64,000 bases of DNA from Octopus bimaculoides (GCF_001194135.2 NC_068984.1:82421527-82485526), one strand, 5' to 3'; positions 49,388 through 62,689 are shown, numbered from the stretch's first letter. The notes: a model not told the origin generated them from the sequence alone. Program-made: numbers and translations.

Positions 49388-50965
49388 GTCAGATTTTTTT
49401 TCCTATTATATTTTTTATTTTAACCTTTCATTATTATATTTCTAAAATCTTTCTCAAGATAAGTGTGAATTTAGACTAACTTTTTTTCATAAATTTATTG
49501 ATGTGACATTTGAAATGCATCTTAACAATAGATGTATAACAACTGCATTATCTTGAAACTACTTGGTTAATCACTGACATAGAAAATTCTTAAAATTTTG
49601 TTTCAATATCATATGATTTATCAGCCAATATTTAACTGAGATAAATGATGGAATGTTGTATAGGACTTCAAAGGAGGAGTTAGATGCATAATTAACATTT
49701 TAATTGGACTTGAGTACATGTAAAACAGGTACAGACATAAATAAAATAGCATGAAAATGTTTGAAGAAAATTACAAAATGAGCAGAACTTCATGCTTGTC
49801 TAACAAGTAATTAACAAATAAATTTTACAAATTAGTATACATGTTAAAGCATTTTACAGATAAATTCAATAATAGCAATTTTTATAAATTGCAAATTTAG
49901 AAGATTTCGAAATTTCTATGCTTGGACACATACAAAGTTTTCTTGTATTAAAGGTTCCTGTCTTCTATATGAAATTAAACTGAGTTTCTTATTTAAAAAG
50001 AAAAAAAGCCCCATTATTCCTTTTTTTACACTTTTATATAACACTTCATTTCATCTTATTGTATGAATGGTGGAATTAAACAGAAATAGTCAATGGATTT
50101 CGATTTTTTTCTCTGTCATCACTTTTACTACTGCTGTTTATTGTTTATACTATCAGAAATTGAAACATCTCGTTCCAAATCTACCTTGTGTTATACTCCT
50201 TACATAAACAATTCATTTAAAAATTCTTTCAGTTCAAAGTCATTGTTTTCTAAATTAGAAACATAAAAGAAATAAGGAATAGCCTGTGAAAATGTTTGGC
50301 TATAAGAATTTTGAAAACACTTTTGTTTGATTTTGATGATTGTATTGTTTTTGGTTGGCACAATTGTCAACTTTGTGATAGTTTCTCCTAACATATGTAA
50401 AACAGCTGTGTTCATTCACTGATGTAACATTAAAGATTACACATGTTCACTTTTACTTATTTACTTAAGATCTTCAGAGATGACAGAGACAAAGATCCAG
50501 TCTAGGCCTGGTGCTATCTAGCTTAGTGCCACATTGTTCTTAAGATAGTAAAATGAGTGTCAGTCATTATATACCCCACTTCAAATTCCTCTACCCTCAC
50601 TACCTTTAAAAATTCTTCGCATATAAGTTTGATCTTCTGCACAACACTAAAATGTTATCTACCATAATCTTGAGTCAGCCTAATCTGTGTGAGTGATATT
50701 TGTTAGAAAACTGTGGAAGTCCGTTTGGTAGACTCTGTGTAATTCAAAGATTAGCATTAAGTTGATTGTGCTTAGTGATTATTTTAAGGGTATAAGTATT
50801 TGAAAAATCTGTCAAACTGTTGCAGTATTGGCTGAATAACAAGTGGTTCAGTATATTTATTTCTATCTCATTTCATATTCAGTAAGCTCTTCTTTCTTAA
50901 TCAATTGTTGTGCCCAAGGTAACACAGGTAACTAACTGAAAGATATATTTTATTACTTCTTACAG

Positions 50966-51047
50966 GCACTTCGTCGGCTTAGAGAAGCTCCGCCTCTGAA
51001 AATACAATATGATTGTATGACTTCTCGCAGAGTTGTCCGTTTACCAG
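50966..51047 (+). CDS. CAD: CAD exon (CPS-DHO junction), ALRRLREAPPLKIQYDCMTSRRVVRLP
   Basis: tacag/gtaatg, 82 nt phase 0/1; matches [21 protein letters not shown]. Confidence 0.93.
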
Positions 51048-51326
51048 GTAATGAATCACCTTACTTTCCTTGGCAATTTCTTCATATCTCCTAGCTCAAA
51101 GACTGTACCTTTCAACTGAATTTATTGTTGTACATCCTTTCTAAGAACAGTTCTGGTAACAACTTAATGTTGGCTGTATATATCAAGATTAAAGTTTACA
51201 ACCTTTTGGCTAATAAAAGTTTTAAGTTTGTGGCCACTGAGCCCTTTGTTGTCAGTTAGTTTACTTGTTACCCTGATAGCAACTATGATGGTGGTGATCA
51301 TTTTGGTCTCTTTCTATACTTCCTAG

Positions 51327-51493
51327 GTCTTATTGATGTTCATGTTCATGTAAGGGAACCTGGTGCAATCCAGAAAGAAGACTGGCAGACTGCCACAAAA
51401 GCTGCACTTGCTGGAGGTATAACCATGATTCTGGCCATGCCAAATACCCAACCAGCAGTTGTAGACCAAGCCTCATTTGCTCTTGTTCAGAAG
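51327..51493 (+). CDS. CAD: CAD exon (DHOase, Zn-ligand HxH), [13 protein letters not shown]...[16 protein letters not shown]...LVQK
   Basis: cctag/gtaatt, 167 nt phase 1/0. Confidence 0.96.
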
Positions 51494-52108
51494 GTAATTA
51501 AGATTTCTAATCTATCATCTACTTACCCAATTGTTATCTATATAACCACATATGTAGTTGTTCATCTATATAACATTTTATCTACATGTCATCAGACTTT
51601 CTATCATCTACATACCACTATACTTAGTATGAAAAAGCCATATGCATTTGCTTGCAGATAATGCTCATACACATATAGGAACTGCACAAACTTTCACTAT
51701 TTTTCTTCTAGCACCCTTCATATACAATTTGTACAACTCACAACTACCCTCTCCCTTGAAGAAACACTCATCATTGCTAAATCTCCCTCAAATAACACTA
51801 CCATCTTAAACAAAGAAAGGCATGTTGAATAATGTTTTGAATACATCTAAAGACAAGATAGTCATTACTAGAATTCCTTTGATCATAGGACTGTTTCTTC
51901 ATAACTTGGGACTAAACAACCACCTTGTCCTCTGTCTAGATTTCTCTTTAACTCTCATAATTTACTGTCTCATCCATCTATATCTCTTATAACTCTTGCC
52001 TCTTATATCTTCCTCTTTGTATGCTTTTCCTCTCCTTCCTCCAAATCTCCAATTTCAATTTAATTCCACCAGACATCACAATTTAAGCTTCCATCTCTCT
52101 TTTTTCAG

Positions 52109-52273
52109 ATTGCCAAGAACGCAGCTCACTGTGATTATGGTATCAATGTTGGTGCCAGTAAAGACAATGCACAGACTCTTGTTCAAATTGGAGCTAAGGC
52201 AGGAGCATTGAAGATGTATCTCAATGAAACTTACACTACCCTCAAACTAGATAGCATGGCAGACTGGCAGAAG
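52109..52273 (+). CDS. CAD: CAD exon (DHOase, carboxylated Lys motif LKMYLNETY)
   Basis: tttcag/gtactc, 165 nt phase 0/0; IAKNAAHCDYGINVGAS...GALKMYLNETYTTLKLDSMADWQK. Confidence 0.94.
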
Positions 52274-52312
52274 GTACTCGCTCTTTCTATATATATATAT
52301 ATATACATATAT

Positions 52313-52690
52313 AGGGTCATCCCGTAAATAATGTGGTTTTTATACTTTTTTTTTTTTTTTTTTTTTTNNNNNNNNNNNNNNNNNNNNNNNNNNNNNNNNC
52401 TTTTTTTTTTTTTTTTTTTTTCTTCAAAATTAAGATAGTTATTTTTTAATCTAAAATATACTCTCTTTCATTTTCGACAATGCTCTTCCATCTATTTGGT
52501 AGATTTGCAAGGCCCCTTTTCCAAAATTCCCATGTCCATGATGAAAGATCTCCTCCAGTATTGTTCTAACCTCGTCTACAGAATTCATGTTTTTTTTTTT
52601 TTTGTCCAAATGATTTTGAAGACTGCGGAATAAATGGGGGCAGTGTCCGGCGAATATGGTGGGTGGGGCATCGTTCTGAGCTAGGAAATC
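52313..52690 (-). mobile_element. Mariner transposase C-terminal fragment with terminal sequence
   Basis: minus strand MPHPPYSPDTAP...FRSLQNHL...WEFWKRGLANLPNRWKSIVENEREYILD*; putative TIR agggtcatcccgtaaataatg next to TA repeat; spans an N gap. Confidence 0.8.
52368..52399. other. Assembly gap (32 N) within poly-T
   Basis: N run flanked by T runs. Confidence 0.99.
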
Positions 52691-53118
52691 AATAACCAGA
52701 AATTGATGTCTTGTAAATGTTTGTGAAAATGCCTACATGTTATCAATTTACCTGTATTCAGCTGTACTGGTGAAAGTGACTTGGCAGCAGGTTAAAAGCT
52801 ACATTCAGAATGTACACTAAGAAATATATCAGCAAATTTCATCCAAAGTCATGTGATAGTTCTATTTTTATACTGAAATAACTGCAGTTCATCAAAATCT
52901 CTAGTTTCTAACAGGATTGGGAAATTTATATGGAGAAAACATTATGAGCATTTTAGAGTTAAGATAATTCAGAGATCTATGAGTTAGGCTTCAGTTATGT
53001 AGAATTAATTTGACTTATTGTTTGAGTTGATAAAATATGTATCCTTAAAGAACTGGCAAAAATTATTGAAGAGGAGGAGGATAGCCTAATGAGTTTTACT
53101 TTTCTTTTTACTTTATAG

Positions 53119-53250
53119 CATTTTGAGAACTGGCCTGCCAACTTACCTTTGTGTGTTCATGCTGAAGGGACTACAACAGCTGCTGTGATACTACTTGCTG
53201 AACTATATCAGAGACCAGTGCATATTTGTCATGTGGCTCGTAAGGAAGAG
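53119..53250 (+). CDS. CAD: CAD exon (DHOase), [17 protein letters not shown]...[13 protein letters not shown]
   Basis: ttatag/gtaagt, 132 nt phase 0/0; both His ligand motifs present. Confidence 0.96.
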
Positions 53251-54690
53251 GTAAGTGGGAAGATGCAGATGTGCACTTCTCTCTCTTTCACTTTGTAATA
53301 AAATTCATTTCAGAAGAAGCACATACTCACATATATAAATACACCCAAGTGCATGCACATTTTCTTTATTGATTGCTCACACTGCATATACAGATGCTTG
53401 CTAGTGCATGCATGAACACTCTTTAACACACACTTGTATTGCAGAAGCAAAATGAAGATAAAAAGAATTCATTAAACTGGCAGTACATCAAATAACAATT
53501 GCTATTCCAATGGCAGATGTCCATTGAGGCTGTAGGAAGGACTCTTTTAACTGTTCATCCTCCTTGACTTATGATATTGTCACTTGACATCATTTTTTTT
53601 TCTTCTGTGGGGAAATTGTGTAATAGAACTTAAGTAGAAAAGATTAATATCACAAATATTGAAGACACCAGTTGTATGAATCCCTTGCATGACAAACCAT
53701 ACTGTGATAATCCAGTAAGAGAAGTTCTACATAGTTGCTCAGTTTACTAAATCTCGAGCTGGCTGAGCAACCGTATCGATTAAATTTCTGCCTTATAGAT
53801 GTGGTGTCTGTTCTGTCTTTTCTGCAACTACTGTTGTGGCCTTGACTCTTTGGAGTTGGCTCATTTTCTGTCATTTCCATTCAGTCATTCCCAATTTACT
53901 CATCTATCTTGCTCTAGTCACCTGTATTGTTTCCACTACCCACACACTAACAACTACATTCATTCTTTCGTCTACAAGAAGACTTTCCTGCACATGTTTT
54001 TATTACTATTCTTGATTGCAACTGTTCAAGACCAACAGTAACTGTGATGGTCTTATCAGCCTCAGAGGATTTGTAAAAGTCAAAGGCACATCTCATTCCT
54101 CTACACCAAATCAATAAACTGGATGGTTATGACTTGTACATCATTGTAAGTCTGTTCAGTGAAAGGTTGATCTGAGATGCAACACCTATAGTCTGGAATT
54201 AAGGTATATAGGAATTTTAACTACATGGGTTAATCCTAGACAGTATTTGACTGTTTATTTGAAATGTTATTGTTGCATTCCTCATCACTTTCCCTCTAAA
54301 TATTGCTACTTCCCCTATTACTACTCCTGGTACCCTGTAAGGGAGCTGCTGTTGTTTGCTCAACCTGTTAGAAATAGCACTCTGTATTAAACTACACTGG
54401 ATAATGTGGTCTTATATAGAAAAAGCAGATGGTCATTGTTAGAACACTTTTGATGATATAGATCTGCTGGTTAGGACCAACCTGGAGATTAAGCAACAGC
54501 TCTGTATCGAGTTTACTAGTCTGCAGTTGGCTGTATCTGTGCCTATAGTTTGCTGGCGATCTTTTTGCTGGACAGAACTGGGCTGACTGTATATTTTTCA
54601 CTTAAAACACTGGCAACAGGAACATAAAACTTTGTTGTCCATAAATGCCTGATGCCTTTACTAAATTTCTAATCCTTCCTCTATTTTTAG

Positions 54691-54892
54691 ATCATGATCA
54701 TCAAAGCTGCAAAAGATGTGGGTATTCCAGTAACCTGTGAAGTTGCTCCACATCATTTGTTCTTGAGCACTGATGACAATAAAGTAATTGGTGAAGGCCG
54801 TTGCCAAGTACGACCTTCATTGCAGACCGCTGAAGACCAGCAAGCTCTTTGGGATCACATGGACGTTGTGGACTGTTTTGCCACTGACCATG
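54691..54892 (+). CDS. CAD: CAD exon (DHOase), [26 protein letters not shown]...VRPSL...DCFATDH
   Basis: ttttag/gtgcga, 202 nt phase 0/1; catalytic Asp in TDH. Confidence 0.95.
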
Positions 54893-55995
54893 GTGCGAAA
54901 CCATTTTTTATTTATTTTTGTTGTTGTTTAGCCAGAAGACAACCCTGATCAAGCAGATCCTATAATCACACATTCTAGCTATGACCATCCCATTTTTTAG
55001 AGTTATGTAGGGCTACATCTTATGTCTTTCCTTAATTAAAATGGCAGGGTATTATTTGAAGGATATTTGGCTGTTATTTCTAGCAGACCAACTGAAAACA
55101 GAAGTTCCCTTGATGTTGAAGTATAGTTTGATTTCTCTCTCTTTCCCTTCAGTACTTTTAAGTTAAAGTCCTATATTGCTGATCCAAATGTCATAGAATA
55201 GAAAAAAAAACATGTCTGTGTGTCTATATCCAGAATTATCCAGTATGTTTAACTTTTTTTTATATCTAGGGGTGTGTAAACAGAGCTACAATGCCTTGGT
55301 TATGGGGGCAGCATTAGGCATTCATATTGGTAGAGCATGTGTTAAATAAGCACCTTCTCCTGCCAATCTTGTGTTTTGCAATGACAGCAAACATTACAAA
55401 ATAACCAAATCTTATAAAATAAAAGAAAGCATTCGAGAATCTGAAGGGTTTGGGATTTAAAGTTTAGGTTAGGAGTTAGTGTTTCGTTGTAATTGTATTT
55501 TTCAACACATAATTCCAGTTTAAGGGTGGGGGAAAAGGTAAGAAGTCAAAAACTTAGGGGTGGAGGTTATTTCTAGCATATTGAAAAAACCACATCAAGG
55601 CTATGTTGTGTGACAGTTCAGCAGGCATTCATGCATATGGAAATAGATGCTTTTAAAAACAACTGGTTGGTTGTGCCAGACAGCTGTGGAGTTTTTCCAA
55701 AACTGGACAATGTTGGTGGGGATATTAAATGATCCCCCACTCCCAGAACCTTAATTTGTGTATTTTTTTACATGAAATTCAAAAACAAATTTTTAGTAAA
55801 AAAAAGTTTTGAAACAAGTTGGCTGGCAAGATTTTGAAAAGCTGTTTTGGGGGCAAAATCATAATGTCTGTTGTAAACATAAGGATCCAAAGAAATTTTT
55901 TCGTGGTAGTGGAGGTGGGTGTAGTCACATATTCTGTGTCTCATTTCCATCTCAGCAGCTGTAATGCTATTGAAGTATGTTGTTTTTCTTTGCAG

Positions 55996-56111
55996 CTCCA
56001 CATACCTTAGAAGAGAAAGACAGTGAAAAACCACCACCAGGTTTTCCAGGTCTGGAGACAATGCTTCCTTTGTTACTGACAGCTGTTAGCGAAGGAAGAC
56101 TCACTCTTGAG
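55996..56111 (+). CDS. CAD: CAD exon (DHOase), [39 protein letters not shown]
   Basis: tgcag/gtaaaa, 116 nt phase 1/0. Confidence 0.96.
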
Positions 56112-57732
56112 GTAAAAGATTTTTGTGTAACACACAACTAGAATACAGTATCCAATTGTTTCTTTCTCTTAATTACTTGAAAGGTTAGTTGGAAAAAAAT
56201 TCTAATGAGGAAGTAATAACAAAGCCTTATAAATATTTTGATCAAGGATGTTATTTTTTGTTTTTGTTTTTCCCCTCTGCTTAGCCATAAGGAGAAGGGA
56301 ATGCTCATGATCCTGTTATTTTGTGAGGGCTTCTCAGATTATGGTAGAAAGTTATCCTCAAACTAGAGACATGGTCCAAATGTTTGCAGCATAGTTAACC
56401 GTGCTAAAGGCACCTAATGGCAAGGTGATAATGTTAGATCTGGCTACAAGTCTACCACCAAGAACTTTGAACATAAAGAATTGTAGCAAATGCTGCAAGG
56501 CATCTCATCTATCACTAACAATCATACCACTCTATTACCCTAGACTGGTACTATATTTTATTAACCTCCAACGGATAAAATGCAGGCTTTACCTCAGTGA
56601 TGCTTGAACTCCTCACAGGAAGCCAGAACAAATATCATAAGGTACTTTGTGGAATGCACTTACGACTGAATTTGCTCTGGAAGATGGTTAAAATATTCTA
56701 TTGTTTCATTGCCAGCTTAAGTTCAAAGGATGACTTTATATTTTATTTTGAAGTTGATAAATTCTATAGTGGTATATTGGGTCAAATTAAAATGGTATTC
56801 TGTTTAAAAGAAGTTTATTCATTTATTTCTCTAACATTCTGGAAAATTATAAGTCATTGGTTTATATTCATATACTACTCTTACACACTTTGAAAATAGG
56901 AGCCACTTTATTGTAATGTGATTCATTGATGCTGGTATCCCATAACTGAGTGTTACATAACTTAAAACTGAAAGTAAATATGTTTGATTTTGTTGCATTA
57001 ACTCCTCTTTTTCTATATTTTAGTTTTTAAATTCTGACAAAGCATTGTTGGAATTTTGTTGTTCAAAAAAATTTAGGGAAACTCTGGGATATAACTTATT
57101 TTTCTTTCATTCCTGGCTTTTTGCCTACTTTTATTATTTATTTATGAGTGAGACACAGCAATCACTTGGTAATAAGCTGTGACTCGAAACACTGTTGCGT
57201 ACCTCTTACAAAAGCATATAATTTAGTTTTTGCTAATTGACCTGATTAACAAAGCAAATTTTACTGTCACTTCAAAATCAGATTTTTTAATATTGCATTT
57301 GATGGGCTATAAGTGTTTGCTATAAGATATCTGCTTGGCCAATCATTGCTATAATGCTTTTGTTACCCTGTTTCTTCTGAAATACACTTTTTCTTTCAAT
57401 TAATTTTTAAAATAATGAAGAATATAGTAAGATAACTTAGTTGATATTAAGCAGATATTTGGAAACCTGGAATTTTAATGGGAAGTTTTAATTTAGATCA
57501 CTTTGAAAAAGTAAGTTTATACCAATAGAACCAAGGGCAGTCTCAGGCAGGTTTGTATGAAAAAGGTTAAGCTGAAAAAAATAACTAATTGTAATACAAT
57601 TTCTCCATCATAAGTAGTTCCAAACCCACTGACCCATGAAAACATGTTTTTCTTAACACAATGAGAATTCAACAGACTTTTCTAATGAGGCAACAGTAAT
57701 TCAAAACAATTGATGTGCTTTTTACCTTTCAG

Positions 57733-57948
57733 GATATTATACTACGATTGCACTCCAACCCAAAGAAGATTTTCAACTTGCCTGATCAGCTTGACACATA
57801 TGTGGAGGTGGATATGGACACATTTTATACAATTCCTAAGCAACCAAAACAGAGCAAATGCAAGTGGACTCCATTTGCAGGACACCGAGTGTGTGGAGCT
57901 GTTCGTCGTGTGGTGATCAGAGGAGAAATTGCCTTTATTGATGGGGAG
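57733..57948 (+). CDS. CAD: CAD exon (DHOase end), DIILRLHSNPKKIFNLPDQLDTYVEVD...SKCKWTPFAG...VRRVVIRGEIAFIDGE
   Basis: tttcag/gtgagt, 216 nt phase 0/0. Confidence 0.96.
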
Positions 57949-58224
57949 GTGAGTATTCTCTCTCTATATCTATCTATCTATCGATCATTCATTTGAATGC
58001 AGATGATTGATAAAATAGGGTTCTTATCAACCATCTTTGAGATTAATAGTTGCCAGTTGTACCTTATATTCATGGCCAAGATTGACTTTGCATGACTCAG
58101 TCCACCTAGCTGTCTGTATGTTCATTGTACTATCACTCATAGTTAATATCTTCATTATCATGTCCTGTTTTGAGCATGCAGTTGTTTTCCGTACCCATTT
58201 CAAATTCAAATCCTATGAATGTTT

Positions 58225-59366
58225 CTGATTTTGAAAGTGTAGCTGCTAGAATAAGAATAGCCTGGCTAAAGTTCAGAGAGCTCCTACCTCTGCTGGATGA
58301 CAAAGGGCCTCTCGCTCAGAGTAAAAGGTAGACTGTATGACACATGTGTACAAACAGCCATGCTACATGACAGTGAAACATGGGCCATGACTGCTGAGGA
58401 CATGTGTAAGCTTGCGAGGAATGAAGCCAGTATGCTGCACTGAATGTGTAATGTCAGTGTGCATACACGACAGAGTGTAAGTGCCCTGAGAGAAAAATTG
58501 GATTTAAGAAGCATCAGATGTGGTGTGCAAGAGAGACAACTGTGCTGGTATGGTCATGTGTTGCAAATGAATGAGGACAGCTGTGGGGAAAAAGTGTCAC
58601 ACCCTAGCAGTTGAAGGAACCTGTGGAAGAGATAGACCCAGGAAAACCTGGAATGAGGTGGTGAAGCATGACCTTCAGACATTGGGCCTTACCGAGGCAA
58701 TGACCAGTGACCACGACCTTTGGAGATATGCTGTGCTTGAGAAGATCCGACAAGCCAAGTGAGACCATAGCCCATGGCCTATGCCAGTGGGTGTAACCAG
58801 CCCGCTTAAGGATACCCCTCATTTGTTGGACAATAAACTTTGCTTGTGAAGACTTATTGAGGCAAGTGAAAGGAAAATCCACTCGTGCCAGTGGAACGTT
58901 AAAAGCACATCTGAACGTGGGGTGTAACCGGTCCATTTGTGAGTACCCCTCATTCATTGAACAATGAACTTTGCTTGTGAAGATCTATTGAGGCAAGTGT
59001 AAACAAATCAAAATTGCTGACGTGGCCGATGACAGTACCGCCTGATTGGCACTTGTGCCAGTGAAACGTTATAAGCACATCCGAGCGTGATCGTTGCCAA
59101 GGCCATGGACTGGCTCCCGTGCCGCTGACATGTGAAAAGCACCATTCAAGTGTGGTCGTTGCCGTTGTTGCCAGAACTGCCTGACTGGCCCTCGTGCTGG
59201 TGGCACGCAAAAGCACCCACTATACTCTCTGAGTGGTTGACATTGGGAAGGGCATCCAGCTGTAGAAACTTTGCCAAATCAGATTGAGCCTGGTGAAGCC
59301 TCTGGCTCACCAGTCCTCAGTCAAACTGTCCAACCCATGGAAAATGGACGTTAAACAATGATGATG
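58225..59366 (+). mobile_element. RTE-clade LINE 3' portion (RT C-terminus plus complete 3' UTR with internal duplication)
   Basis: SVAARIRIAWLKFRELLPL...KGRLYDTCVQTAMLHDSETW...LCWYGHV...GRDRPRKTWNEVV; 3' UTR ends ggacgttaaacaatgatgatg. Confidence 0.9.
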
Positions 59367-59602
59367 TTTCAGCATCTCTTCAGGTTTTTTGTGTCATCAG
59401 ACAGAAAGAATGGTTGATAGACACTGTGATGTTTCCTTCTTCATGATTCAGTTTTCAATGTTAGTTGAGTTCATTTAATGGTAATATCCTTGGACAAAAC
59501 ATAAATGCCAGCACATCCAGTTATGCTCCCTTTAGTAACCAGAATGTGTTTAAGAATTTACATTTTTTTTTCTTTTCTTTTTTTAACCAAATTTGAACTC
59601 AG

Positions 59603-59879
59603 GTTCTAGTTCAACCCGGATTCGGTATAGATGTTCGCTCATTACCACAACCAACATCATCAACTCAACTACCAATCAGTGAGCAGTTGACTGTTCAGAT
59701 TCCGACAATGGCATCATTGTCACAGCCGCCATCTGAACCAACAAGCCCTCGTAAAATGATTCCATCAACGACACTAACTGCTGCCAGCAACCAGCCTGGC
59801 CCATTTGCCTTCCCTGGTCGTGGCCTTCCAAAGATGTCACAACCAACACATGAATCTCACCAGGCTGCTTATCATCACG
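59603..59879 (+). CDS. CAD: CAD exon (DHO end plus Ser/Thr/Pro-rich DHO-ATC linker), VLVQPGFGIDVRSLPQPTSSTQ...YHH
   Basis: actcag/gtaagt, 277 nt phase 0/1, open frame; begins like VLVPPGYGQDVR. Confidence 0.9.
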
Positions 59880-60555
59880 GTAAGTTAAAACAGCAAATGT
59901 TTTCTGGATGTCCTTTCTCTCTCTCTCTTGTTTATTTATTTATTTTTTTTGTTCTCTACCACTCTTCCTCCATCTCACATTCATAATGAATAACAAGAGT
60001 TGCTGAATTAAGTAGTATTTTAATCCCTGCAGTCACTGGAGCAGGAGGGTTTCTTATTTTCAGTTTTTGTTTATGTCGGCATGGGTTATGCAAATTTAAA
60101 CGCTATATATATTGTTATTAAACAAGTTGCTTCATTATAGCTGGATGCTCTTCCTGCTAATCACTCACTCATCTGTAAAATAAGAGTGTAGAGCATGTTA
60201 CCTGTTCAAAGACCAGCAGATGTTACGTACCTTACACAGGGACACATGGTGGCTGTTCTTCAGCATCTTAACTTCCGAGATATATCTCTGTTGATCATGC
60301 AAATTTGTAAGGTTCCCTCAACCATCTTCACAGAGACTGGTTGCATATAAAAATATACCCATGACGCTTGTAGAGATTGGGTTTATTGATTTACTTTTTT
60401 CAGGTTGGCTGTTTGTGAAAAGAGTTCAGCATGTAACCTGCTTTTAATGTCTAGTCATTAAACTACTGTCAAAACTAAACTAAGTGTTTCCTATGGTAAT
60501 GTGTAGACAGTTAGTACCAGGTAAGTTGTAAATATGTTTAATATCTCGTCTAGAG

Positions 60556-60707
60556 CAGTGCTCCGCAACCAGTGTACCACGGGATGATGCTAGGTGTGCT
60601 GCAGTGTTACCTGAATATAATTTTTTTTCCCTATACTTTTAGTTCAGGTGGGCCACCGAATTTTGAAAAGAATGTGTACCGCAAGTGAAAAAGGTTGCGG
60701 AGCACTG
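60556..60707. mobile_element. hAT-superfamily MITE, 152 bp
   Basis: perfect 15-bp TIRs cagtgctccgcaacc (60556-60570) / ggttgcggagcactg (60693-60707) and perfect 8-bp TSD gtctagag on both sides. Confidence 0.92.
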
Positions 60708-61149
60708 GTCTAGAGCATGGCATTAATATGACTTTGATAATATCACTTACTCAGTACTAACATCACTCTACAAGTTATATATAATACTATTCTATGCATT
60801 TGTATCATCATCTCTATCATTAACCTTGATTGGCCATTGGATTATCCCTGTTAGTTTACTGCAAGGAACCAATTCCTTTCTTAAGACTATGTTGGCAGAT
60901 TGGGATGAAAAATTTGGGGGTATAATGATTGTGTCTTGAGGTTTTCTTCTGAGAATTTATCTGGTCTACTGCTACATAGTATTTAATTTTTATGTCTGTC
61001 ATGTTTGGTGTGCAAAAGTTTGTGTATTGTATTAACTGATACTATCAAAGTGAAGTCACTAAAGAGAGAGCAGTTTTATTTCTATTGAATCTCCATTTCT
61101 TTAATATTGTTATGGAGAATGTTATTTTCATTAATAAGTTGGTATATAT

Positions 61150-61151
<2 letters not shown>

Positions 61152-61198
<47 letters not shown>
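61152..61198. repeat. (CA)n microsatellite
   Basis: direct reading. Confidence 0.92.
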
Positions 61199-61201
<3 letters not shown>

Positions 61202-61693
61202 TAAAATATTTAGTAGTGTATCTTCATTTCTGTTCCCCTAACTAGATCATCAAAAGTAGTTATCTACTATGGTACTTCCACTGTATTTGAATTTTGTAGA
61301 GGTACTGGCAGATCATACAGATAATTGTGTCTGTGATACTTTCATTATGTCTGATCTCCTTCCAACTGCTACAAAAACAAAAAAAATTAGCCTTATTAAC
61401 ATGTGGGGAACTAGATAGCACAACTATGTCCCACCATCTTACCCATTCCATTCACCTCATCAGAAAATTGTCCCTTTAAATGCTTTTTTATTATTATTTT
61501 CAAGCTTTATTTTATTTTGTTTATAATTTTAAAATGTTTCTCTTGCTTTGTTTTTTTTTCTTTGTTTCTTTCTCCACCCCTTTTCCTGTATTTCTCCCTC
61601 TCACTTGTGTTTTTCACCCTTTCCCTTTTACCCTATTTCTTTGTCTTTATTATTTGTAAAATAATGATGACCTTTGATATTTACCCATTCCAG

Positions 61694-61726
61694 GGAAACC
61701 AGACAGAAAAATACTACAGTTGGCAG
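61694..61726 (+). CDS. CAD: Candidate 33-nt frame-preserving linker exon of CAD, (G)KPDRKILQLA
   Basis: long pyrimidine tract from about 61550, ccattccag acceptor, cag/gtacca donor, phase 1/1, no stop. Confidence 0.45.
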
Positions 61727-62063
61727 GTACCACTGGTTTGCCTGTGTCTTTTACTTTTAAAAAAAAAAAAAAATTACTTTCAATTTCTGCTTTTCTTTCT
61801 TTATCTTCCCCTCCCTACCCATGTATAACCCTAGCTCCTCTGGTTCAAGTGATCATTACACCAATATCAACTTTTACACCTAAGGCCTACCGATTAGACC
61901 CTTTTTGTTTGTGCTTTTCTTTTGTTACTCACTTTTCTTTCTTACCTAATAATTCAATTTATCTTCTTCCATTGATTTTGTTTATGTTGTGGCTTTCCTT
62001 GTTTTCCTCTCTCCTCACCCTTATTTCTCTTAACACTCCACTGCCTTGCAAATCTATAAGTAG

Positions 62064-62111
<48 letters not shown>

Positions 62112-62689
62112 GTGTGGTTCTTATTTTGACAAGTGTGAATATAATTTTATCTCTGGGCTTTTAGGGGATAAAATTAGTTTAGTTCTTTCTGTTTTGCAGT
62201 GTTTAGTCTTTTCTTAATTCTTTTTTAGTTATTTGAACTAATTTATGTTCATTTTTTTTTTCTTTTTTACAAACAGATTAAAACACATAAGTGTGTGTGT
62301 TGTGTATATGTTGTTTTGGTCATTAGGCTGTGGGCATATCTTCAAGAGTTTTTATTCAATTGTCATGTGAATGTCAGTACTTTTAATACTTTTAAGTTCA
62401 TAAAAGTTGACCTTAGTTTAATGAGAGATAACTCAGCTGGCCATATAAATGACAAGTTTCTGCACAAGTTTATATTTCCCAAATTTCATTCAGAATATTA
62501 GTCAACCCAAGTCTAATAGAAGATATGTGTTCAAGGTGTCAAACAATGAGATCAAACCTGAAACTGCAGTTGTTAAGAGAACTTTCTGCAGTGAATAAAT
62601 TGTTGTCTAAATTACACAAAAATGAAAATAACACTGACATCATATTTTAACAGATATATTTACCAAAATTTCATTAAAATATCTTGAAA

